Part shown: one piece after another, positions 19,681-31,776 of the stretch
Numbering within the stretch: the first letter of the stretch is position 1
How the letters are laid out: each line of letters begins with the position of its first letter
Position numbers and translations under genes: made by a program
Assembly: GCA_014905635.1 (NCBI GenBank)
Contig: JABVCE010000015.1
Coordinates: 868,001-903,188, forward strand
Direction: 5' to 3'
DNA length: 35,188 nt
Origin: Scenedesmus sp. PABB004
Lineage: Eukaryota
The notes under the pieces: model-generated
Told to the model about the DNA's origin: nothing
Database searches by the model: none
Seen by the model: the letters and a program-made list of their open reading frames with translations, nothing else

Positions 19681-22600
19681 ATGCCGGCGCCGCGATCGCA
19701 GCAGCGCCCGAGCGCGGGCTTGGTGCACCGCATCTACCCGCGCCCGCTGGCGCTGCGGGACGCCGTGGCGGAGCTGGTGGGGCGCCAGGAGGCGGGCGAG
19801 GCGCTGCTGGCGGCGCTCGCGCGGCCCGGCGACCCGCGGCGCTACTCCGACGGCTTTCTCTTGCGCACACTGGTCTGCTTCCGCGGCGAGCCGCCCGCGC
19901 TGCAGTCGCCCTGGCGCCTCTCGCAGCGCTGCAGCCAGGAGCAGGTCGGCGCCCCGCGCCGCGCCGCCGCGCCGCCGCGCACGCTAATCTGCGCTGCTGC
20001 CGGCCCGACGCAGCTGCGTGGAGCGCCACCGGCGCCGCCGCCGGCCAACCGCCACCGCGCTGCGCGCGCTGCGCCGCCGCTGCTCGCGGCGCAGATTGTG
20101 CTGCAGGCGATCGACTCCCTCGTGGCCGGAAACGCCGACAACGTGCTGCGCGGCGGCTTCAGGAAGGTGCGCGGCCGTCCCCGGCGCGGCACCGGCGCGC
20201 ACCGGCGGCTCAGCGCGCCGCGCGCCTCCGCCCACGCTGCCGCCGCCCGGGTGGCCTGGCCCGCTCGCCCGCCGACCACCACGCCAGCGCTCGCCCGGCG
20301 CCCGCGGCGGCGGCGGCGGGGGCGGCGGCGGCTGGACGGCGGGCCTGTTCCACGCGCAGCAGGTGCACCCGGGCAGCACGCACGCGGTGCTGCTGGGCCC
20401 CGACTGGTGCCGCCTGCTGGAGCGCGTGGGGGACGAGGTGATGCTCACGCTGCTGCTGCATGGGTCAATCTTCAGCCCCCTACCGGGCAACAACTACCTG
20501 CAGCTCAGCGGCACGCCCGTGCACACGGTGCGCGCGCGCTGTGCGGCGGGCGCGCGTGGGCGCGGCGTCAGCCGCTGGCGCACGCGGGGCCGACGCCATT
20601 CCCGCCGCCGTCGCCACCCACAGGTGCTGCGGGACCGAGCCAGCTTGCCTGCACCCCAGGTGCTGGCCGCCGATTGGCTGGTGGGCCAGCACCTGGCCCA
20701 GGCTGCGGCGGCACAGCAGGCGCAGCAGGCGCAGCAGCAACAGGGCGCTGGCAGCAGCGCAGCACCTGCCGCCACGGGGGAGACCTCCAGGCAGGGCGGC
20801 AGCAGGCCGCCGTCATGGCTGCGGCGCAAGCGAAAGCAGCAGGAGCTGCAGCGCGACGCGGCCGCGGCCGCGGCGCTGCAGCGCCAGCTGCTGCTGGCGG
20901 GCTCGCAGGAGGCGCCGCCGCCAACGGGCACGCAGCAGGGGCTGGTGCAGCTGCATGACGTGGACAGCTGCGACGCGCCCGCCACGCAGGTGAGACGCCG
21001 GCACGGCTGCGCCGCCGCAGCACGCGATGGCGCGCACGCAGCCGCGGCGGCGACGCGCGCACGCGCCGCGCCTGCAGGTGCTGCCTGCCAGCCCCATGGC
21101 GCTGTGGGAGTTTGACTTGGACGAGCTCGGCGACGCGCCGGGGCAGCAGGAGGCGACCAGCCGGGACGCGACGCAGCTGGCCGACGCGATGCAGCTGGAC
21201 GACGCGCCGCAGCTGGACACGGGCCAGCAGCAGCCGTCGCAGCAGCCGTCGCAGCAGCAGGCGCCACCCGCAGTGGCGCGCGCCGGCCGGCCCTCTGCCG
21301 CTGGCGCGGGCGCGGCGCCGGTCAACCCCTCGTCCTGGGTGGTGCCCCGGGCGCTGGTGTTCCACTGCGCCACGTTCAGCCGCAAGCCGGGCCTGCCCGC
21401 ATCGCGTGAGCGGTGCTGGCAGGGCGCTTGGGCCGCGGCAGCCGCGGCAGCAGGCGGCGGCCGGCCTGCGCCGCGCGCCCGCGCCGCTCAGCCAGGCCCG
21501 CCGCCCGCGCCGCCGCCCGCCGCCGCAGACATCCTCCACCAGCTCGCGGGCCGCCCCACCGGGGCGCGGGTGCTGTACGGCGAGATCTTTGCCGCGCCAC
21601 GCCCGCCACCGCTCGGCCGCGGCGGCAGCCGCGCCGCGGCGCCGCGCCCGGCACCGCAGGCGGCCGCCGCAGCGCGGGGTGCCGTGTACCCGCCGCCTGC
21701 GCAGCGCGGAGGCGGAGGCGGCGCCGCGGGCGGGGGCCAGCCCGGCCTTGGCGCGCTGCCGCCGCCGGCGGAGGTGCCGCCGCAGCACCGGCTCCTGCTG
21801 GGCTTGCTGGGGCGCGTGCTGGGTGGGTGCGCGCGTGGGCTGCGCAGGCGCAGCCGGCACGGCTCGCTAGCCGCGCTGCCAGCCGCCTCCCGGCGCTCAC
21901 AAGCCCCCCCCCTCCCACTCTGCCCTGCGCCGCCCCGCCCCACGCCGCCCCGCACCGCGCTGCAGCGCGCGCTGCCCGCTGCCCTTACGCCCTGCTTCTG
22001 AACCACCACTGCCCGCTGCCTGCGGGCATGGGGCCACCGCCGCGGCATCCAGCGAGCGGCGGCGCTGCTGCGGCAGCTGGCGGGGGCGCATGCGCTGCGG
22101 CGGCAGCGTTATCCGCGCGCCGCAAGCGGCGGCGGCGGTCTGGCGTGGCGCCAGCAGCAGCAGCAGCCGCAGCTGCAGGAGCAGCACCAGCAGCAGGTGG
22201 CGCGGCCACACCAGCGCTGCCCGCAGATGCTGGCGGGCCCGGCCGGCCGCCCCGCTGCATGGTGCTGCCGCAGCAGCCGGTGCCTTTGTTCGCGGGGCCG
22301 CCGGTGCCGCCGCCGCAGCTGAGCCTGGTGCTGGCCAGCCCGCCGGTCGGCATGCTGGCGGGCGGCAGCAGCCTGTCGACCAGCCCTCACATCCAGTGCG
22401 GCCAGGGCTCGGCGCCCGCGAGGCCCAGCGAGCAGGGCACGGGGCCCGCCGCCAGCCGGCCCAGCCAGGGCTCAGCGGCCAGCCTGGGCGCGCAGGGCCC
22501 GCTGCTGGAGGCCGGGAGCTCAGAGCAGGCAGGGCCGGCAGCGGGGCTGGGGGGCAGCGGGCCGGCAGCCATGGAGCTCGACCAGCAGCCGCCGGCGGGC

Positions 22601-25243
22601 AGCGCTGAGCAGGCGGCAGCGGGCCTGGCGGCCGCCTCGCAGCAGCAGCCTGCCGCGGCCTCGCCGCCCGCGTCGCCCGACGCCGGCGCCCAGGCGTCGC
22701 AGCTGGGGCTGGCGGCGCAGGTCGTGCCTTGCGGGGCGGTGGAGGCCTACGTGTGGAGCGTGGTGCGGCACGTCGTGCCCGCGGCCCTGCTCGGCAGCCG
22801 GCACAACCGCCAGGCGCGGCGGCGCAGCGCGGCTGGCAAGCGGCAGAGGCGGGGAGCCTGGCCGCGCCCGCCCGCTGCGCGCGGCGCCGGCGCTGACACG
22901 CCGCCGCGCGCCGCGGCGGGCCGGGGTCTGCCCAGGTGCTGCGCCGCGCGCTGGCGGTCGTCATCCGCCTGCGCCGCCACGAGACCGTGCGGCTGCACAG
23001 CCTGCTGGACGGCCTCAAGACCAGCCACATGCCCTGGCTGCAGACCGGTGCCGCCGCCGCGCCGGCGCGCGCGCCGGCGGCGCTGCACGCTGCGCGGGCG
23101 GCGTGGCTCGCGGCCTGGGTGTGGTGGCTGCTGGGCGGCCTGGTGCTGCCGCTGCTGCGCAACAGCTTCTACGTCACAGAGAGTGAGCCGTACCGCCAGG
23201 AGGTGTTTTACTACAGGCACGCACAGCGAGCGCGCGTGGGGAGCCAGGGAGGGCAGGGGGAGCGCCGGGCGGCGGCGGCGGCGGGAGCCCGCCCTGGGCG
23301 GCGGCCGGCCCGCGCGCAGCAGCAGCGCGCCGGCGGCGACTGGCGGCCCGCCCCGCCCTGCGCCGCCGCGGCGGCCGCCGCCGCCGCGCAGGAAGCCGGT
23401 GTGGGCGGCGCTGATGCGGCTGGGCCTGGCGGAGCTCACGAGCAGCTGCTTCACCCCGGTGCCCCGCCAGGCGGCGCTCGCGATGCTGTCCAGCCGCACG
23501 CTGGGCGTGTCGTCGCTGCGGCTGCTGCCCAAGCGGCAGGGCATGCGGCCCATTGCCAGGCTGGGCAGCGCGAGCGTGGTGCGGCTGCGCCGGGGGCGTG
23601 GGGCCGGCGGCGCGCCGGGCGGGCCCGACGCGCAGCCGAGGCACGGCGGCAGGGGCGCCGGCGCCGGCGCGCGCGGCGGCGGCCGGGCAGACGCCCGCGG
23701 CGGGCGCGGGCGCGGCGTGCGGCTGGCCGGGGCCAAGCGCCCGCGCGCCGCCAGCGCCCCGGGCGCGCTGCGGCTGGCCGCCGGCGACGGCCGCGGCGGC
23801 GGCAGGGCCGGCCGCGGCGGGCGCGCACACGCGGTGCTGTCGTTCCGGCCGGTCAACGCAGTGCTGCAGCCGGCCTTCCAGGTGCGCGCGCGGGGGGGGG
23901 GGGGCAGCCGCGACGCGGCGGTGTGGCCGCTGCTGCTCGGTGGGCGCGGGGACGGCCGCCGCGCCAAGGCCCGCCTGTCGTTCCGCTGCCGCGCAGGCGC
24001 TGCGCGCCGAGGTGCTGGCGCGGCCGGGGGTGCTCGGCTGCAGCGTGTTTGGCCTGGACGACATCGCCCGCCGCCTGCACCCCTTCCTGCGGCGCTTCCG
24101 CGCGGCGCAGGACGCCGACCCGGCGCTGCGACCGTGCATCCTCAGCGCCGACGTGCGCCGCGCGTTCGACTCGGGTGCGCCTGGCGCCGCGCTGGCGCCG
24201 CGCCGCCGCGCGCGCGCCGGCGCGCGGCGCCGCGCCAGCGCAGTGCGCGACACCGCCCGCGCGCGCCCGCGCGCAGTGCGCATTCCCAAGCTGCTGTCCC
24301 TCATCGAGCCGCTGCTGGCGAGCCCCTCGTACCGCCTGCTGCGCTTCACCACCGCCAGCCCCATGCTCGGCTCCGTGCGCCTGCGCTACAGCGTCGCCGC
24401 GCTGCGCGACGGCGGCCCCGCCAATGCCAACGGCAACGGCAACGGCCACGGCGACGGTTTCCTCGCGTGGGTCAAGGCGGCGTGCGGGGGCAGCGCCAAC
24501 ACGCTGTACTCAGACCAGGTGGCCAGCAGCGGCGGTCGACGCGCCCGGCACGCCGCCGCGCCGCGCAGCGCCGCACAGCGCAGGAACACCCCTCACCCCC
24601 AACCCGCCGCGCCGGGTCGCATCGCAGGCGCAATCGCGCCGGCTGGAGGGCGCCGAGGTGTGGCGCCTGCTGCGCGAGCACCTCGCGGGCAACCTGCTGC
24701 GCGTCGGCGCAACGCTGCTGCGCCAGACGACCGGCATCGCGCAGGGCAGCGTCGCGAGCACGCTGCTGTGCAGCCTCTACCTGGCAGACCTGGAGGCGGC
24801 GCACCTGCTGCCGCTGCTGCCCAGCCTGGGCGCGCCGCCCGGCGGCGACGGCGCCGCGCAGCCGCGCCAGCGGCCGCCGCCCGCGCTCGCGCTGCCCGCG
24901 GCCGGCCTGGGCAGCATGGCGGGCGCCGCGGCCGCGGCGCCGTCGCGCGCAGGCCCCGGCTCGGCGGCGACCAGCGAGCCCTGCGCGCTGAGCGAGCTCG
25001 CGGCGCTGGCAGCCGCGACGCAGCGCTCGTCGCCGGCGCTGCAGCCGCCGCCCGCGGCGCAGGGCCGTGCCACGCAGACGCCGCCGTCGCAGCCGGCGCC
25101 GGGCGCTGGCGCCGCGCGCTTGCCCGCAGCAGGCGTCGCCCCGCTTGTGGGCGGCACGCCCGTGGGCGTGCAGGTCCCTGCACGCCCGCCGGCGCGGACG
25201 GCCGCCGGGCCGCAGCCGTCGCAGCAGCCGCAGCAGCAGACGT

Positions 25244-25279
<36 letters not shown>

Positions 25280-26061
25280 TGGTCACGCCGCTGCCGCTGC
25301 GCCCGCCGGGCGGCGAGCGCGGCTCTGCGCAGGCCTCCAAGTCGGGGTCTGGCGGCTCCGGCGTCAAGCACACAAGCAGCCAGTCCGGCGGCAAGCTCAG
25401 CGTGACGTCCAACGCGTCCACCGACGACCCCGAGCGCCTGCCACGCTGCGGCGCGGGCGCGGGGCGACGCGCCCACGCGCCTGGCGCGCCGGGCGAGGCC
25501 GACGCGGGCGTGCCGCCGCTGCGGCTGTCGCAGGGCGCGGACGGCGGCGCTGGCGACGCTGCGGGCGGCGCGGGGGAGCAGGCGCTGGACATGGAGTCGC
25601 AGCACGAGCAGCAGTGGCCGGCAGAGCCAGGCGGCGAGCAGGGCGCGCCGCACAGCCAGGAGCAGCGCCAGGCGGCGATGCTGCCGCCCGTGGCGCCGGG
25701 GCGCGTGGGGCTTGCGCAGCGTCTGCCGCAGCAGGGGCCGGCGGCAGCGCTCGGCGCGTCGCAAGGCAGCGGCACCCCGCCTGCCGGCTCGCCCCACCTG
25801 CTGCTCACGCTGTGCAGCGGGCAGAGCGCAGGGGCGGCGGCGGCCATCGGCGGCAGCCAGCCGCAGCAGGCCGGCCCGGCGCAGGTTGGCAGCGGCGTCG
25901 CGCTCGCGGCTGCAGCCGATGCCGCCGCGGGGAGCCCTGCGGGGTCGGAGCCGCTGCTGGCGACGCAGCCGGTGGCGGAGGCCGCCTGCGCAGATGCCTG
26001 CCCTGGCTGCGGCGGGCACGGCGGCAGCGGGCAGAACGTCAGCCCTATGGACGTCGACGGC

Positions 26062-26105
<44 letters not shown>

Positions 26106-28061
26106 GCAGCGGCAGCAGCAGCAGGGGCCGCCCAGAGGTGGCGGCGGCGGCGCCAGCGACAGCGACTGCCTGCCAGCCACCCAGCCGGTGCCGGCGAGCC
26201 CGAGCGCGGCCCCCGGCGGCGACGCCGCGCCGGGCGCTGGCAGCAGTGAGAGCCCGATGAGCACCGAAGACCTCGCGGAGCAGCGAGGGCAGCCCGACCA
26301 GCAGCCCCTGGCGCAGCCGCCGGCGCTGCAGCCGGAGGGGCAGCGCGAGCGGGCGTCGCAGGAGCTGGCGCAGGCGACGCCGCCGTCACAGGCGACGCCG
26401 CCGTCGCAGGCGCAGCTGGACGGCCAGCTGGTGTGGCCCTCGCAGCTCACGCAGCGCCAGCGCCGCGAGCAGCAGCGCGCCGGGCCGGCGGCGCTGCGTC
26501 CCGCGGTGCCCGGCGCCGAGGCCGCCCGCCCCAGCGCGGCCGCGCCCAGCGCCGCCGGCGCGGCCGCGCCCAGTGCCGCCGGCGCGGCCGCTCCCGCCGC
26601 GCCCCCTGCGCCGCGCGCGCCGCGGCGGCGCCCCGACTCTGTGCTGCTGCGCCTGGTGGATGACTTCCTGTGCATCACCACCAGCACCGCCGCGGCGGCG
26701 GCGCTGCTGGCGCGCCTGGCCGAGGGTGAGCCGCGCCCCCGCCGCGCGCGCGCCGCGCCCGCGCCGCGTGGCTTACCCTCCGCGCCGCCCCCTGTTCCTC
26801 CCATCTTCCCCCCGCGCCAGGCTTCCCCGGTCACGGCATGAGCATCAACCCCGCCAAGACGCAGCTCAACTTTGACGCGGCGCTGCCGGACGGCACGGCG
26901 CTGCCGCCGAGCGTGTGGCGCAGCCGCGACGGGTGCGCGCCGCGCAGCCGCGCACGGGGCTCCGCGCCCGCCCACGCCCACGCGGCCGCGCCTGCCGCGC
27001 CCTGGCGCGCCCGCCTCGCCCACGCGCCCGTGTGCGGCGCAGGTCGTGCTGGGTGCGGTGGTGCGGGCTGCTGGTCAACGCGGTCAACTGTGAGCTCATG
27101 GCCGACTACAGCCGCTACAGCGGGCAGCACATCAGCACCGCGCTCACGGTCAACCGCGGGCCCCGCCCCGGCGCGCACCTGCTCAGCAAGGTGCGGCCGG
27201 CGCGTGGCGCCGCGCGCCGCGCGGGAGGCGAGGCGAGGCGATTTGCCGCCGCGTGGCCCCGCGCACCGCCGCCGCGTGGCCCCGCTGACGCCGGCCGCGT
27301 GACACAGGTGCTGAGCTACATGCGCCCCAAGATGCACGCGCTGCTGCTGGACGGCGGCCTCAACAGCCCCCTCACCGTGCGGCTCAACATCTACCAGGCG
27401 CGCCGCCGCGCGTGCCTGGAGGGCGGTGCCACACGCCGCGCGCTCACTCCGCTCCCCCACACACACACACCGCACACCACCGCTACACGCACACGCCTCT
27501 CACACCTCTCACCTCACGCCCCCACGCCCCCCCCCCCCGCCGCCACGCCCCCAGGCCTTCCTGCTGGCGTTTATGAAAATGCACTGGGCCGTGCGCTGCC
27601 TTCTCACACGCCGCGGCCCCGCGGCCGACCCGCGGCTCGCGCTGCGCGCGGTGCAGGGCTGCATCAACTACGCCGTCGGCCTCGTGCGGGGGCGCGTGGC
27701 GCTCGCGCGGCAGCGCCTGCGCCTCGACGTGCGCTGCACCGTCAGCCGCTGCCACATCCGCTGGCTCGGCCTCAGCGCCGCGCGCGCCGTCATGGCCAGG
27801 CGCGGCGCGGCGCGCGCGCCGCGCACGGCGCCGGCCGCGCACGACGGCGATTGGGCCGGGGCGGGCGACGGCACCGCACGTGGCCGACACCGCCGCCGAC
27901 GCTGCCGCCGCCGCCCTTGCAGGAAGCAGTCGTGCTACGCCGCGGCGCTCGCGGTGCTCGACCGGCAGCTCGCCGCGCCGGCGTTCCGCCACGTGCGCGC
28001 GCAGCTGGCGCCCGTGGTGGAGCCGGCGCGGTCGTCGGTGTTCGACGACGTCCGCTTCTGA
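19681..28061 (+). CDS. TERT: Telomerase reverse transcriptase, multi-exon
   Basis: TEN domain (NVLRGGF; WCRLLERVGDEVMLTLLLHGSIF...NNYLQLSG), CP motif (CPYALLLNHHCP), QFP motif (VEAYVWSVVRHVVP..LLGS..N) and T motif (LLRNSFYVTESEPYRQEVFYYR|KPVW). RT motifs 1/2 (LRLLPK..GMRPI), A (SADVRRAFDS), B' (QTTGIAQGSVASTLLCSLY), C (LLRLVDDFL), D (GMSINPAKT) and E (WCGLL), followed by the CTE (LLLDGGLNS...LNIYQ). Stop TGA at 28059-28061. Confidence 0.96.
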
Positions 28062-28265
28062 GCGGGTCGCGCTTCTCCCGGGTCGCGCGCGCGTGCCGCG
28101 GCGCAGCGGCGGCGGTTTGGCGTGCGCGGGCCAGGCGGCGGCGCGCCGCGCTCGCGAACAACTCGGCGCACGCAGTCCCGCTCCGCCCGAGCAGCCGCGC
28201 CGGCCACGGAGCGCCTGCCAATCCCGTTCGTCCGCGCAGCAGCAGCCCGCGCGGCGTGAGCAGCC

Positions 28266-31200
28266 ATGGGGAACGTCCTGGGCTGCCGGCCTAGCCCGGT
28301 GAGCTCCCGGCGGGGCGCGGGGGCCGCGCGAGCGCGCGCTGGGGCCGTAGACTTGCGCTCTCGCTCCCGCCTCCTCCTGAATTGCCGCTCCCGCTCGCCA
28401 GGCACCGGGCGAGGCCCGCGAGCGCCAGGCCGGTCGCAAGGAGGCGGCCGGCGCCGGCGCCGCGCCGGCGGCCGCCGAGGTGCGCGGCGGCGCTGCTGCT
28501 CCCGCGGCGGCCGCGCAGCGCGGCGCGCGGCTGGCGGCGGCGCCCGGCGCTCCCTGCCGGCCGGCCGCATCCCAGGCGGCGTCTGGCGCCGCCGCGCCGC
28601 ACGACGCCGCCGCCCGCCCGCCGTGCGTGCGCGCGGGGCCCGGCCCGCGCCGCGCAGGCCGACGACGCGCTGCCGGCGGACGTGCGCATCACGTTTGTGC
28701 TGGGCGGCCCCGGCAGCGGCAAGGGCACGCAGTGCGAGCGCATCGTGGCGCGCTACGGCCACACGCACCTGTCGGCGGGCGACCTGCTGCGCGAGGAGGT
28801 GGCGAGCGGCAGCGAGCTGGGGCGGCAGTGCGAGGAGATCATGCGGGAGGGCAAGCTGGTCCCCATGGAGGTGAGCGACCGACTGACCGACCGCCCGGGC
28901 GGGTGCAGCCGGGAGGCGCGGCGGGCGGCGGCAGGGCTGGCGGCGGCGGCAGCGGCGCGGGCTGCCGCTGCCGGGGCGCGCGCCGCTGACCGGACGCACC
29001 CGCGCGCGCGCCCGCGCCCGCGCTGGCGCAGGTCATCATCCGGCTGCTGCGCAGCGCCATGGTCAAGAGCGGCGGGCGCCAGTTCCTGATTGACGGCTTC
29101 CCGCGCGCGCTGGACCAGGCAGAGATGTTTGAGCGCATGGTCAAGCCGGCGGAGCTGGTGCTCGCGTTTGACTGCTCGCAGGAGGTCATGGAGGCGCGCC
29201 TGCTGAAGCGCGGCGAGACGTCGGGCCGCAGCGACGACAACGCGGCCACCATCCGCAAGCGCTTTGACACGTTTGTCGCGCAGAGCCTGCCCGTCATCGA
29301 GCACTACGAGGCCCTCGGCAAGGCGGCACGAGTCAGCGCCGAGGCACACCCGGACGACGTCTTCGCCGCCGTCGTCGCCGCGCTGGAGGCCGCGCAGGCC
29401 GAGGTGGGCAGCCGACAAGGGCCCCGGGCTCCGCGCGGCTTGCAAGGCGGGCGCTGGGCTTGCAGGACGCGCAGCGCAGCTCGCTCGGCGGCCTGCGCCA
29501 GGCGCCGACCCGCCACCGCGCAGCTGCCGCCGCGCAGCTGCGCGCGCTCGCGTGCGCTCACACAACCCGCCGCCGCCGCCCGCCGCGCGCAGGCGCAGGT
29601 GCTGGAGGAGGCCAGCATCGTGTTTGTGCTGGGCGGCCCCGGCAGCGGCAAGGGCACGCAGTGCGAGCGCATCGTGGCGCGCTACGGCCACACGCACCTG
29701 TCGGCGGGCGACCTGCTGCGCGAGGAGGTGGCGAGCGGCAGCGAGCTGGGGCGGCAGTGCGAGGAGATCATGCGGGAGGGCAAGCTGGTCCCCATGGAGG
29801 TGAGCGACCGACTGACCGACCGCCCGGGCGGGTGCAGCCGGGAGGCGCGGCGGGCGGCGGCAGGGCTGGCGGCGGCGGCAGCGGCGCGGGCTGCCGCTGC
29901 CGGGGCGCGCGCCGCTGACCGGACGCACCCGCGCGCGCGCCCGCGCCCGCGCCGGCGCAGGTCATCATCCGGCTGCTGCGCAGCGCCATGGTCAAGAGCG
30001 GCGGGCGCCAGTTCCTGATTGACGGCTTCCCGCGCGCGCTGGACCAGGCAGAGATGTTTGAGCGCATGGTCAAGCCGGCGGAGCTGGTGCTCGCGTTTGA
30101 CTGCTCGCAGGAGGTCATGGAGGCGCGCCTGCTGAAGCGCGGCGAGACGTCGGGCCGCAGCGACGACAACGCGGCCACCATCCGCAAGCGCTTTGACACG
30201 TTTGTCGCGCAGAGCCTGCCCGTCATCGAGCACTACGAGGCCCTCGGCAAGGCGGCGCGAGTCAGCGCCGAGGCACACCCGGACGACGTCTTCGCCGCCG
30301 TCGTCGCCGCGCTCGAGCGCATGGTGTGTGCACGCGTGCGCCCGGCAGCGCGGGCGCGCCGCATCCCTCCGCTGGCGCCGCCGCGCGCTGCGATGCTCGG
30401 GGTGGGGCAGCTGGCGCAATCGCTGACTGGGCTCGCCGCCGTCGCCGCGCCCGTGCCGCCGTGCAGGCCGTGCAGGCCACGCCGGCGCCGCTAGTCGTCC
30501 CGCTGGTCCCCGGCGAGCTGCACCCCGACGCCAGCATTGTGTTTGTGCTGGGCGGCCCCGGCAGCGGCAAGGGCACGCAGTGCGAGCGCATCGTGGCGCG
30601 CTACGGCCACACGCACCTGTCGGCGGGCGACCTGCTGCGCGAGGAGGTGGCCAGCGGCTCCAGCGTCGGGCAGGCGTGCGAGCGCATCATGCGGGAGGGC
30701 CAGCTCGTGCCAATGGAGGTGAGCGAGCCCCGAGGCGGGGGAGGGAAAGGGGGAGGGGGGCGGCGAGCGCGGCCGACCGCCATCGCCGACCGCCGCCGCC
30801 CGCCCGCCTGCCGCTGCCGCGGCGCCGCGCCGCGCGCAGGTGACGATCGCCCTGCTGCGCAACGCCATGGTCGCCAGCGGCGCGTCGCGCTTCCTGATTG
30901 ACGGCTTCCCGCGCGCCATGGACCAGGCGGCCGCGTTTGAGGCAATGATCAAGCCCTGCCAGTGAGGCCCGCGGCGCGGCGGGCGCGGCGCGGCGCGTCG
31001 CGGCGCCGGGCCGGCAGCCGTGCCGCTGCGCGCGCAGCGGCAGCCCGCGCGCGGCGCGGCGCGGCCGCGTGCTCGCAGCAGGGCCGCCGTGCGCCCGCGC
31101 CCGCGCGCGGCGGCGGCTGACCGAGGCCGGCCGCGCCGCCCGCCCCCGTGCAGGATGGTGCTCGCGTTTGACTGCTCGCAGGAGGTCATGGAGGCGCGCC

Positions 31201-31553
31201 TGCTGAAGCGCGGCGAGACGTCGGGCCGCAGCGACGACAACGCGGCCACCATCCGCAAGCGCTTTGACACGTTTGTCGCGCAGAGCCTGCCCGTCATCGA
31301 GCACTACGAGGCCCTCGGCAAGGCGGCGCGCGTCAGCGCCGAGGCACACCCGGACGACGTCTTCGCCGCCGTCGTCGCCGCGCTGGAGCCGGCCGCGGAG
31401 CGCACGCCGTTTGCGGCCGCTGCTGCTGCGGGTGCCAACGCGAGCTTCACCGTCGCCACGCCCGCTGGCGCGCGCCCGGCGAAGCCGGAGCTCACCGCGG
31501 GGCAGCAGCCGGCGGCGGCGGACGGGGCCGCGCCGGCGTTTGCGTTTGCTTGA
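28266..31553 (+). CDS. Adenylate kinase / UMP-CMP kinase-family protein with three tandem NMP-kinase domains and an N-terminal MG...C acylation motif (flagellar-type AK)
   Basis: Three copies of [34 protein letters not shown] and [11 protein letters not shown] (P-loops at ~28693, ~29622 and ~30541). First exon [11 protein letters not shown] (28266-28298) ends at a GTGAG donor. Stop TGA at 31551-31553. Confidence 0.93.
28693..30313 (+). repeat. Intragenic direct duplication with 929-bp offset, covering kinase domains 1 and 2 and their shared intron
   Basis: 28693-29384 and 29622-30313 are nearly identical, including intron 28871-29031 versus 29800-29960. Confidence 0.92.
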
Positions 31554-31776
31554 TGCGCGTGGCGCAGCGTGTGTGCGCTCCAGGCGGCGAGAGACCGTGG
31601 TGCAAAGCGTCCGACGCGCGCGTCACAGTGTGTGAGAGATGTTGAGCGCAGGAGAGAAGAGTTTGCGGACCAATGCGGGCGCTGCGAGCGCGCTTGCCGA
31701 GGGCGCATGGGGTGCAACAACACAAGTTGCAGGTTTTCAGATGGGTGCGCGCGGCACACCCGGCAGCGGGGCAGGA

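Noticed and set aside
19681..28061. RT motifs interpreted as a retrotransposon or Penelope-like element
   Set aside because: The telomerase-specific TEN, CP, QFP and T motifs, the CTE and many spliceosomal introns identify cellular TERT.
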